Assembly: GCF_009914755.1 (NCBI RefSeq)
Contig: NC_060935.1
Direction: 5' to 3' (one strand)
DNA from: the human T2T-CHM13v2.0 reference genome, Homo sapiens
Length of the DNA stretch: 64,000 bases
The notes beneath the pieces were generated by a model, which ran no database searches, had not been told where the DNA came from, and worked only from the letters and a program-made list of their open reading frames with translations. Below are positions 35,280 to 51,904 of the stretch, piece by piece (the stretch's first letter is position 1; every line of letters begins with the position of its first letter). Position numbers and translations under genes: made by a program.

Positions 35280-36471
35280 AGTACTAAAGGAATACTATCT
35301 TGCTCTCACTCCAGTGTCTGCACAGACATGAGTTCATGCAGAAGTTCAGCCAGGGAATACATAGAAGTAATAGGCATCACCCTTCTTCTCTTAGTATGAA
35401 TTCTCCTCAGGAGGTGCCTAAATTCCCAGAGCAAATCAACTTCCATCACACCTGCTCCATTTGCACGTGAGACATGCACTGACAAATCTTGGACTTGAGA
35501 CACTCCAGAGTCTCCTTGTTTGTATATGCTTTCCTCTTAATTAGAGCATCTTTCTTTCTTCCCTCAATGGCTCCTACCCTTATTTGATGATTAACAATAG
35601 TACTTAATTCAAGGGCCACATCCCCTGATCCTCTAAGCTAGGATGGATGAACCTCTGAGATCTACCTAGCCCTAAACACTACTGATTTCACCATATAGTT
35701 AGCAATGACTTTCTTATTCATCTCCTCTCCTATGAATAGGGATTGTATCACTCACCTCTGTAGACTTAGTGCTAGCTATGTAGTGTACAATATGTAGTAG
35801 GCACTCCATAAAAGTGTTAAATAAATATATGCATAAACATAAAGTGGTTCATTAATAACTGTTCAACTCTGAAGAGTTACAGCAAATAAATGTTTTCAAA
35901 ATAAAATGCTCTAATCTTTCATCAGTTTATGCTCAGAAAAGATGGAGATGTTTACAAGAGCTGTAGTAACTTGAACTACTCAGAATTTCTTGATCTAAAA
36001 ATAGTACATGCTAGGCTTCCTACCACTGAGCAAGTCTGACAGCTGTTCATTAGGTTGGCACATATTAATAATATGCTTTAAAGAGATGGTTTTGTCTTCT
36101 GTTGAAGTTGAACAGCAAACTATGATTTGCTGTAGATTTTTTTGAAAAAATGTAAAAATTTACTAAAGTAAAAAATAACAAGTGTTTCTGTCACATGAAA
36201 TTAACAGTTCTTAATGTCTTTGTCATATTGCTTCATGTCTTTTTAAATAAAAGCATTAAAATATTATAAATCAAGCTGAGATCTCATTGAACCACCCTTC
36301 CCATGTCTATCTTCCTTCTCACCTTCCCAGATAAAACAGCTGATATGAGTTTGGGGCATAATCCAAGTTCCTATGATTGATTCTTTTAGATCTAGCATCC
36401 AGATTACTTTAATTTGATAAGTAGGTTTCCCTCTTTCTTTTTTCTCTGAAACAGTGTGTGTAAAATAGGTA

Positions 36472-36978
36472 CAGTTGACCCTTGAACAATAAGGGGGTGA
36501 GGAGCACCAAGCACCTGCACAGTTGAAAAATTACCTATAACTTCTGAGTTCCCCAGAACTTAAGTACTAACAGCCTTACCCATAACTGCCATACCTATAC
36601 CTTACCCATAACTACCATACCCATACTTTACCCGTACTATCAGAAGCCTTACCCACAACATAAACAGTCTGTTGTATAAACAAATTAACACATATTTTGT
36701 ATGTTTTATGTATTACATACTGTATTCTTATAATAAAGTAAGCTAGGAAAAAGAAAATGTATTTAAAAATCATAAGAAAGAGAAAATATATTTACTATTC
36801 ATTAAGTAGAAGTGGGTCATCATAAAGGTCTTCCTCCTTTTCATCTTCACATTGAGTAGGCTGAGAAGGAGGAGGATGAAGAGAGGCTGGTCTTGCTGTC
36901 TCAGGAGTGGCAGAGGTGGAAGAAAAGTCACATACAAGTGAACATGAGTTCAAACTCATGTTCTTCAAGGATTAACTG
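36472..36978 (-). mobile_element. Tigger2a/MER28-like non-autonomous DNA transposon
   Basis: TIRs cagttgacccttgaacaa...ttcttcaaggattaactg, flanked by TA target duplications (36470-36471 and 36979-36980). Confidence 0.85.
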
Positions 36979-36989
36979 TATTATCTATA

Positions 36990-41030
<4,041 letters not shown>

Positions 41031-41220
41031 ATCCTCAGTAAAGGGTTTCTCCTATATTTTGCCTCACCAGTTATCTGGCCTCAAACCAAGTCATACACTA
41101 ATCTTGCCTTTGGATTCCCACCTATTCAGGCAGCCCAGTTACAATCATGTATATTATACAAACTCAAATTCCAGTCTCATGCAGAAATGTCTGTTTCAGC
41201 TACCAGGCTTGAACAGAAGT

Positions 41221-41619
<399 letters not shown>

Positions 41620-41644
41620 TTATTTCAGATTTATTTCAGTTGCC

Positions 41645-41948
<304 letters not shown>

Positions 41949-43088
41949 TCAGTTGCCTTTTAAACACAGGACATGGTTGATATTTGAAAGCAAAGAAAAT
42001 AGCTCTTTGTCTCCAGACTGAAAAACCTGATTTCCATTCTCATCAAGTCTGGAGCCCGTTTAATTCTTGATCTCATAAAGGCACTGACGTTTGTTCTGCC
42101 TCCAATCCTAGCTTCCCAAGAACTGTGTATCTTCAGGTCCTGCTATCTCTGTAGTTTCTCTCTCTAAATGTGTCTATGGTGGGCTTTTTGCAATTGTTTT
42201 TTAGTTTGATTGTATATATTGTTTAATATTTTATCTCTCATTTCTATATAGGTAGGACAGAAGGTGGAGATTTCTGCATATCCTCATTCAGTCATGCTGA
42301 CCCAGTAATTTTACTTTTATTCTTAAAATAAATTATTATTGCAGGAAACAGCAAAATATAATTTTTTATGAACTTAAAAATAAGAAAACTCGAACTTGAT
42401 TCTCTGAACCTGAGGTTGGGATTATTTTTTTCAACTCTCTTATTATGCTTCATATCATTATACAAATGATCATGAAAATAGCTGTCATCACAGTGACATC
42501 TAATATTTTCAAAATATGTGGCATCTTCAAAGCACTTGAGACTCATAAAATTCCCATAAGAATAGTTTGTATTATTATCTCTACTTTTCAAATGAGGAAA
42601 GATAAATGAGCCACACAACTAGTTAAATGATCAACCCAGAACGGAATCTTACCTTTTATAGATGAAAGTAATATTTATGGTCATTTGAAATACAGATTTC
42701 AGATCAAGTGTTTATTTCACTACATAAATAATTCCCAATCTTGTAAAAAATATTTATTGACAACATGCACGCTGACAAAATGGTTTCATAGTTTTAAATG
42801 AATTCACATTATATTAAATGCTGTATAAATATTTGAAAAATAGTAGTAAATATTATGTTTTCAGTCCTTTAAGTTGTACTTCATATGAATAAGGATTCAT
42901 GAGCCTCTGTAGTAACTCCATGTACCCAGGCATTGATCCCGTCTACATCATTAATGAAACATCCTCAGTCTCTTAAGTTTCATCAACCAGATGACTTCAT
43001 GAAATTCTACTTGAACTTCTCAAAGAATTAGTGTAGTCCTGCCATAATTGGATGATAGAGGAATCCAAAATGGATCATTTAATGAGAA

Positions 43089-43120
43089 TATAGATAGATA
43101 GATAAATAGGTAGATAGATG
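43089..43120. repeat. Imperfect (TAGA)n microsatellite
   Basis: tagatagatagataaataggtagatagat. Confidence 0.7.
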
Positions 43121-43949
43121 CTAGATCCTACTGATCTTTTTATAATTCCTAAAAAGCAATAAAACCAAGATATTAAGAAGGTGAAAAATATTAGACAAGA
43201 ATGGAGATCCACCATCCCTCTTCCAAGTCTGATAAATTCTCAATTCTATTAATTACTGAAAAATGTTAGAGAAATTTTTCTTTTTAAAGAAATCTGCCCC
43301 TGAACTCATTACTGAAAGGAATACCTTACTGATAAAGGCCAGCACTTCCTTTTATGAATATTAAACATGGCAATCAGAAATTGAAACATGGCCTTGCTGT
43401 CACTTTTTTTAAAAGTAACAGAATAAATTTTCACAAATAATTTGGTGGAGGCAAAATATAATTACTAGCTAGAACTATCTCCACACAATATTTTTAATCA
43501 AATGGATAGCTCTCTTTTCTCTTTGACAATAAGAGATAACATGCTTTTGTTATTCTTCATCACAGTAAACATTATTTTATTTGAATAATTAACTTTTTAA
43601 TTATAAAAGTAACATATGCAAATTGTGGAAAAGGAGAAAAGTTTAAGGACCAATTAAGCAGAAAATAGCAGTGTTAACTATGATTAATATTTTGTCACTT
43701 ATCTTCCAGTCTTGTATACATTTATGGTTTTCGTGTCTGAGAGCATAATGTCATGTACTCAGAACAAATGAAGAGTGACATGCCGGGCCTGAATTAATGA
43801 GGGTCATCCTTGCAAAGAGATTGATGGGGAAGGAAAGATGTTTCAGCTTTATCACTTCTAAACAATATTTATGCTTTAGTAAAAATGAAAAAATAAAATT
43901 CAGTACAACTATATAATTGAGAAGACTAAAGGGAAAAAAAATCTGTTGT

Positions 43950-44325
<376 letters not shown>

Positions 44326-45183
44326 TGAGAGATTATTTTGTCCAACTTTTATTTTATAGATGAGGAAATTAAGACCAAGAGAAATCAAATGACTTGACAG
44401 CAAGGTCACGTCTCTAATGCCTTTGGCCTGTATATTACAGGTTAATATTAATTTACTTTGAATGGTTAAAAAGCATGTGCATTTTATTGATCCACTTTGG
44501 CATATGTGTTATTCTCACTCATTAAGATATTTTTTTTCCCAACAGCTAATCCAAGCGAATTCCCCCTTATTATTCCCTTTCATGGCATTCTGTTTTCTTT
44601 TATAGCACTTATCACACATTTTAATTATATACTGCTTGTGCTTATATATTGTTTTCTCCGTGACCACACTCTAAGCTCCTTGAAGGCTAATCTTCTACAT
44701 GTTCTGTCTTCATTATATACCCAGTGCCTGGCATAGTGCCTGGTTTGTAACGCGTGCTCAATAACGTGGAATTGTTTATATGGTTTCCCTTTTCTGGCTG
44801 TCTTTTCATGGGCACCCAAGTTACCTCAACTTATTGAGCATTTACTGTCTTCTAGAATTTAGACAATGTAGGAACATCATATACTTTAAGCTCATTAATT
44901 AGTTACATTATTATCTCTATTGTACAGATGAAAAATACTGAGGCTGGGAGAGGTTAGGTAAATGTCAAAAGGTCAGAAACCTAGCAAATGACAGACACAA
45001 GGTTCAACCTCAGGTGTTATTGCAGAGTCTAAGATCTGAACTTGTATGCTACCTTCTTGCTAGTTTCCTGGCTTCAATTGATGTTTGAGATTCAGCAATA
45101 GGAATAGTATCTCTTGACCCATAGCTTCTGGATTAGTATAGCAATAGAAGCAGACTGAACATATGTTTCTAATTTTAATCCCT

Positions 45184-45552
45184 TGATATGGTTTGGCTGT
45201 GTCTCCCGCCAAATCTCATCTTAAATTGTAGTTCCCATAATCCCCATGTGTCGTGGGAGGGACCAGGTGGAAATAATTGAATCATGGGGGCGGTTTCCCC
45301 CATCCTGTTCTCCTGATAGCGAGTTAGTTCTCATGAGATCTGATGGTTTTGTAAGGAGCTTCCCTCTTCGCTGGACACTCATTCTTCTCCCTCCTTCCAC
45401 CGTCTAAGAATGCTTTTGCTCCTCCTTCACCTTCCGCCGTGATTTTAAAGCCTCCCCAGCTGTGTGGAACTGTGAGTCCATTCACCCTCTTTTTTATAAA
45501 TTACCCAGTCTTGAGTGTGTCTTTATTAGCAGCGTGAGAATGGACTAATACA
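45184..45552 (+). mobile_element. THE1 (ERVL-MaLR) solo LTR
   Basis: Starts tgatatggtttggctgtgtc, ends gagaatggactaataca; ~370 bp. Confidence 0.9.
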
Positions 45553-45963
45553 TATTAAAATGACAGTAGAGGGACTTTTCTTAAAGCATAAAGCCATAAG
45601 AACAAGGAGAACTGAAAGGAAAAAGTAGCAAAGAAAGGTGTAACTGACTCAGCAAAGCTAAGACAGCTGAATCTTAAACTGGTAGTAGGGGAAGCCCAGC
45701 CACCCTGACTTATACTGTTCAAATTGGTGGCAGTGGCGAGGAAGAGACGGGCGGCTAAAATAAGAATTGGTTGAGAGCTTCTAAAAATATTATTTGGTCC
45801 CAAGATTCCTTCCCCCACCTCAACCTTGATACAACCAATAACTGCCCTCCCCCTACCCACATTTTATTTCTTGGGGAGAGTTTCTGGACTGGAAGACTAC
45901 AAGCATAGGTGAAGGCAAAAGTATCTTACCGAAACGGGGATTTTTAAGAATGTATATGCCATC

Positions 45964-46264
45964 GGCTGGATGCGGTGATTCATGCCTGCAATCCTAGCAG
46001 TTTGGGAGGCCGAGGCCGGTGGATCATTTGAGGTCAGAAGTTGGAGACCAGCCTGGCCAACATGATGAAACCCCGTCTCGACTAAAAATACAAAACAAAT
46101 TAGCCGTGCATGGTGGTGCACGCCTGAAGCCCAGCTACTCAGAAGGCTGAGGCAGGAGAATTGCTTGAGCCCAGGAGGTGGAGGTTTCAGTGAGCTGAGA
46201 TTGTGCTATTGCACCCCAGCCTGGGCGACGGAGCAAGACTCTGTCTCAAAAACAAACAAAAAAA
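45964..46264 (+). mobile_element. AluS
   Basis: Full Alu. Confidence 0.9.
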
Positions 46265-49107
46265 GTGTAAACATTAAATGAATGAGCAAAAGTAAATATG
46301 TAAGTAGACATGAAATGAATTTGCAAAAAGATGAAGGTGGTGGGGATAGGAAGAGAAAGGAGTGAGAGGAGCACTGCTGTTGTTTGTTGTAAAGGCAACC
46401 AGTCTCATTAAACTATTGCATATATAACTTTAAAAACTACAACCAACGAAATCTTTTTAAAATGTAAGGAAAGCTATGTATAGACTTCTCATTTTCCAAC
46501 TCTTAGAATCAGGAAGTACACAAGCAGGTTTATTACATAGGCATACTGTGTGATGGTAAGGTTTGGGGTATAACTGAATCCATCACCCAGGCAGTGCACG
46601 TAGTACCCAATAGGTAGTTGTTCAGTCCTTGTCTCCCTGTCTCTTTCTCATCCCTCTCGTTGACCCCAGCGTCTATTGTTCCTGTCTTTATGTCCACCTG
46701 TACTCAGTGTTTAGCTCTCACTTATAAGTGAGAACATGTGGTATCGGGCTTTCTGTTTCTGCATTAGTTCGCTTAGGATAATGGCCTCCAGCTGCATCCA
46801 TGTTGCTGCAAAGAACATGGTCTTATAAGTGTCTTCTTTTCTCCATAGCCTCACCAACATCTGTTATTTGTTTACTTTTTAACAAGTCATTCTGACTGGT
46901 ATGAGACAAAAATCTCACTGTGGTTTTGATTTGCATTTCTCTGATGATTAGTGTTGATGAGCATTTTTTCATGTTTGTTGGCTGCTGGCATGTCTGCTTT
47001 TGAGAAGTGCCTGTTCCTGTCCTTTTCCCACTGTTTAATGGTGTTGTTTCTTGCTTGCTGATTTAAGTTCCTTATAGGTTATGGATATTAGAACTTTGTT
47101 GGATGCAGTTTGCCAATATTTTCCCCCATTATGTAGGTTGTTCATTTACTCTGTTGATAGTTTCTTTTGCTGTGCAGAAGCTTTCTAATTTAATTACATC
47201 CCACTTGTCAATTTTTGGTTTTGTTGCAATTGCTTTTGAGGACTTAGCCATAAATTCTTTGTCAAAGCCAATATCAAGAAGGGTATTTCCTAGGTTTTCT
47301 TCTAGGATTTTTATAGTTTTAGGTCTTACTTTTTAGTCTTTACTTCATCTTGAGTTGATTTTTGTATATGGTGATAGGTAGGGGTCCAGTTTCATTCTTC
47401 TGCATATAAATAGCCAGTTATCCCAGCACCATTTAGTGAACAGGGAGTCTTTTCCCATTGCTTATTTTTGTTGACTTTTTTGAAGATCAGATGGTTGTAG
47501 GTGTGTGGCCTTATTTCTGGATGCTCTATTCTGTTCCATTGGTCTATGTGTCTGTTTTTGTGACATCATGCTGTTTTGGTTATTGTAGCCTTGTAATATA
47601 CTTTGAAATCAGGTATGGGATGCCTCTTGCTTTGTTCCTTTTGTTTAGGACTACTTTGGCCATTGAGGCTCTTTTCTGGTACCAAATGAATTGCAGGATA
47701 GTTTTTTCTAATTCTGTGAAAAATGATGCTGGTAGTTTGATATGAATAGTGTTGAACCTGCAAATTGTTTTGGGCAGTATAGCCATCTTATCCATATTGA
47801 TTCTTCCAATCTATGAGTATGGAATATCTTTCCATTTATTTGCTATCTCTGATTTCTTTCAGCAGTGTTTTATAGTTCTCCTTGTAGAGATCTTTCACCT
47901 TCTTGGTTAGCTGTATCCCTAGGTATTTTATTCTTTTTGTGGCTATTGTAACTGAGATTGCATTCTTGACTTGGCTCTGAGCTTGAATGCTCTTGGCATT
48001 GATTTTGTATCCTGAAACTTTACTGAAGTCGTTTATCAGTTCTAGGAGCCTTTTGGTAAAGTCCTAAGGGTTTTCTAGGTATAGAATCATATCATCAGTG
48101 AAGACAGATGGTTTGACTTCTTCTTTTCCTGTTTAAATGCCTTTTATTTCTTTCTCTTGCCTGACTGCTTGGTTAGGATTTCCAGTACTATGTTGAATAA
48201 GAGTAGCAAGAGTGGGCATCCATGTCTTGTTCCAGTTCTCAAGGGGAATGTTTCCAGCTTTTGCCCATTCGGTATAAGGTTGGGGGTGGGTTTGTCATAG
48301 ATGGCTCTTATTATTTTGAGATATGTTCCTTTGCAGCCTAGTTTGTTGAGGGTTTTTACCATGAAGGGATGTTGTATTGTATCAAAAGCTTTCTCTGTAT
48401 CTATTGAGATGATCATATGGTTTTTGTTTTTAGTTATATGGCAGATCACATTTATTGATTTGTGTATTTTGCATCAACCTTGCATCCCAGGAATAAAGCC
48501 TACTTGATCACGATAAATTAACTTTTTGATGTGCTGCTGGATTCAGTTTGTTAGTATTTTGTTGAGGATTGTTGCATCTATGTTTATCAGGGATATTGGC
48601 CTAAAGTTTTCTTTTTTCACGTGTCTCTGCCAGGTTTGGGGATCAAGATGATGCTGGTATCATAGATGAGTTAAGGAGTTCCTCCTCCTTCATGTTTTGG
48701 AATATTTTCAGTAGGGTTGGTACCAGGTCTTATTTGTATGTCTGGCAGAATTTGGCTGTGAATCTATCTGATCCAGGGCTTTTTTTCTTGGTAGGTTTTT
48801 ATTACTGATTCAACCTCAGGACTCATTAGTGGTCTATTTAGGTTTTCACTGTCTTCCTGGATCAATCTTGGGAGGTTGTGTGAAATTTATCCATTTCCTA
48901 TAGATTTTCCAATTTCTGTGCATAAAGGCTTTCCTAATAGTCTCTGAGGGTCTTTTGTGTTTCTGTGGGATCAGTTGAATGTCACATTTGTCATTTCTGA
49001 TTGTGATTATTAGCATCTTCTCTCTTTTTTCTTTGTTAATCTAGGTAGTGGTCTATTGATCTTGTTTATTATTTCAAGGCACCAACTTTTGGTTACATTG
49101 ATCTTTT

Positions 49108-51904
49108 TTTCATATTAAACTTTTTATTAAAACTAAGTCCTTACAACATATTTACAATATCATGTTCCACAGTCAAATATTTAACAGAAAAATCTATACA
49201 CAATTATTGGCACACAAATTCAAGAACATAATTAAAACCAAGCTAAATCTCTCTCTCTGTATCTATATATCTATATATGTATAGACATATATCCATACAA
49301 ATAGATATATAGATATATCATCAAATTCATGTTAATGAACTGGAGTACCTGAGGTTTCAAGTTGTTGGTTTTTCCAGATAGTATAAAACATTTGTCATCC
49401 ACTTTATAAAGGACATGGCAGATCCAGAAAGAATAACTTTGGTTGATAAATGTTGTCTCCCAAAGATTAAACAGAAGTCCTTAGTGGGATTAAGGTTTAT
49501 CTTCAGAGGCTTCTTCCAAGTGGAGGTTGGTGATGTGAGGAATGGTTCCCATGTAGTAAGGCACTGTTCATAATAGTGGATACTCTCCTCAGCCATATCT
49601 GTAAATGCTAACGATATCATTTTGCATATTTTGTTGCCATCTTTCCCATTCTGCTTTCAGGGCATTATTAACATATTCTACTTTATCTTCAAGTTTTCCA
49701 ATCTCCTCTGTAAGCAGATCACTATCTGTCTTTTTATAGGTCAAAGCTTCAACTTTGGAATCCAGTTCTGCTTGTATTTGGTCTCTTCTTTTCATAACAC
49801 CCATTAACATTTCACTATAAAGCACGTACTCATGTACAACAGGAAGCAGGGCCTCTGAGAGTCCAGACTTCCATTTTTCAGTGGCCTTACAGCATCTGTC
49901 AATGCAGCTGTCAACATCTTTTAGAGTATCAACCAGATCCTCTTCTGACACTAACCACAGAATATGAATTGGACCATATTCTTTCATTTCATCAAAATAT
50001 TCCCTTTCTTCCTTGAAAATTCTCCAAGATATTTTATCTATCAAATTTGTTTTCTGGCTAAAAATTTCAATAAAGTTATTCATTTCCATGAACTCTTCTA
50101 GGCGGTTTTTTTAAATGTCTTTTAATTGGGGCTTTTAGCCCATTTACATTTAAGGTTAGTATTTTGTTTGTTTGTTTTGTTTGTTTTTGTATACTTTAAG
50201 TTCTAGAGTACATGTGCACAATGTGCAGGTTTGTTACATATGTATACATGTGCCATGTTGGTGTGCTGCACCCACTAATTCATCATTTACATTAGGTATT
50301 TCTCTTAATGCTATTCCTCTCCCCTCCCCCCACCCCACAACAGGCCCCAGTGTGTGATGTTCCCTGCCCTGTGTCCAAGTGTTCTCATTGTTCAGTTCCC
50401 ACCTATGAGTGAGAATATGCAGTGTTTGGTTTTCTGTCCTTGCGATAGTTTGCTCAGAATGATGGTTTCCAGCTTCATCCATGTCCCTACAAAGGACATG
50501 AACTCATCCTTTTTTTATGGCTGCATAGTATTCCATGGTGTATATGTGCCACATTTTCTTAATCCAGTCTATCATTGATGGACATTTGGGGTGGTTTCAA
50601 GTCTTTGCTATTGTGAATAGTGCTACAATAAACATACGTGTGCATGTGTCTTTATAGTAGCATGATTTGTAATCCTTTGGATATATACCCAGTAATGGGA
50701 TGGCTGGGTCAAATGGTATTTCTAGTTCTGGATCCTTGAGGAATCACCACACCGTCTTCCACAATGGTTGAACTAGTTTATAGTCCCACCAACAGTGTAA
50801 AAGTGTTCCTATTTCTCCACATCCTCTCCAGCACCTGTTGTTTCCTGACTTTTTAATGATCCTGACTTTTTAACAATGGCCATTCTAACTGGTGTGAGAT
50901 GGTATCTCATTGTGGTTTTGATTTGCATTTCTCTGATGACCAGTAATGATGAGCATGTTTTTATGTGTCTGCTGGCTGCATAAATGTCTTCTTTTGAGAA
51001 GTGTCTGTTCATATCCTTCATCCACTTTTTGATGGGGTTGTTTGATTTTTTTTTCTTGTAAATTTGTTTAAGTTCTTTGTAAATTCTGGATATTAGCCCT
51101 TTGTCAGATGAGTAGATTGCAAAAATTTTCTGCCATTCTGTAGGTTGCCTGTTCACTCTGATGGTAGTTTCTTTTGCTGTGCAGAAGCTCTTTAGTTCAG
51201 TTAGATTTCTGGGTGGTTTTTAATTCCTCTCATTGAGGATGCAACAGTTCTGACTGTTGGCCCCATCCTGCTTAGCAATCCAGGACCCTGCTTCTTGTGA
51301 GAAGAGAGTTATGCAGTGAGAAAAATTTTGAAGACCTTATTAAATGTTAAAGTTGGATGATCAGCAGTTCGGCTCAAAAATTTATGTAAAGCCTTCCTGC
51401 ATGTCTCAATGAAGTCATCTTTAAAGTGTTCCACCATTCCTTTTACTATAAATTTTTCTGGAAATGGTGGAATATTCAGAGTGGGTTGTGCTTCTTCAAG
51501 TTTTCTCTTCAACCAAAGGAAACCTTGATACCGTCTCCTAACTTCAAATTCACTGGAGTCAAATTCTCCACAAGATGACTTAGTAATAATGCTATACGTA
51601 ATGAAAGTTTCTATTGTAGTAACATAACTTTCAGGTTTATCAACTGTAATGAAGTGTTCCTTTAAATCTCGTTCATCTTCAAACTTGATTTGGTTTATCA
51701 TTGATAAAGGGGATGTTGGCATCATAGTGCTGAAGGAATTCATGTCCATCAGTGAGGCATAGTTGCTGAAAACCTCCAGGTCATCCTCGTCCTCGTCCAG
51801 AGCCAGCACCTCCACCTGCAGCAGGGCGGAAGAGCCACTGCTGCCCAAGAAACGGGCACCGGAGGCCCAAGGAGCGTACCTGAGATGCCCGGCACTTGCT
51901 CTCC
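49108..51904 (-). pseudogene. Processed pseudogene of SNX7 (sorting nexin 7, PX-BAR), split by an L1 insertion
   Basis: ORFs 51309-51932 (PX domain, ...EFEVRRRYQGFLWL...PEKF) and 49589-50089/49357-49620 (BAR domain) match SNX7 as recalled, with no introns. Disablements: premature TAA at 51309, frameshifts near 49612 and 49530. Native stop at 49490-49492, AATAAA at 49123-49128, short A tail, and 14-bp TSD tacattgatctttt at 49094-49107 and 51905-51918. Confidence 0.95.
50162..51206 (-). mobile_element. 5'-truncated younger L1PA (L1PA4-6-like), ~1 kb, inserted in the SNX7 retrocopy
   Basis: ORF2 C-terminus ([25 protein letters not shown]), typical L1PA 3'UTR and an (AAAC)-type tail at 50162-50189. 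15-bp TSD at 50096-50110 and 51207-51221 (2 mismatches). Confidence 0.93.
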
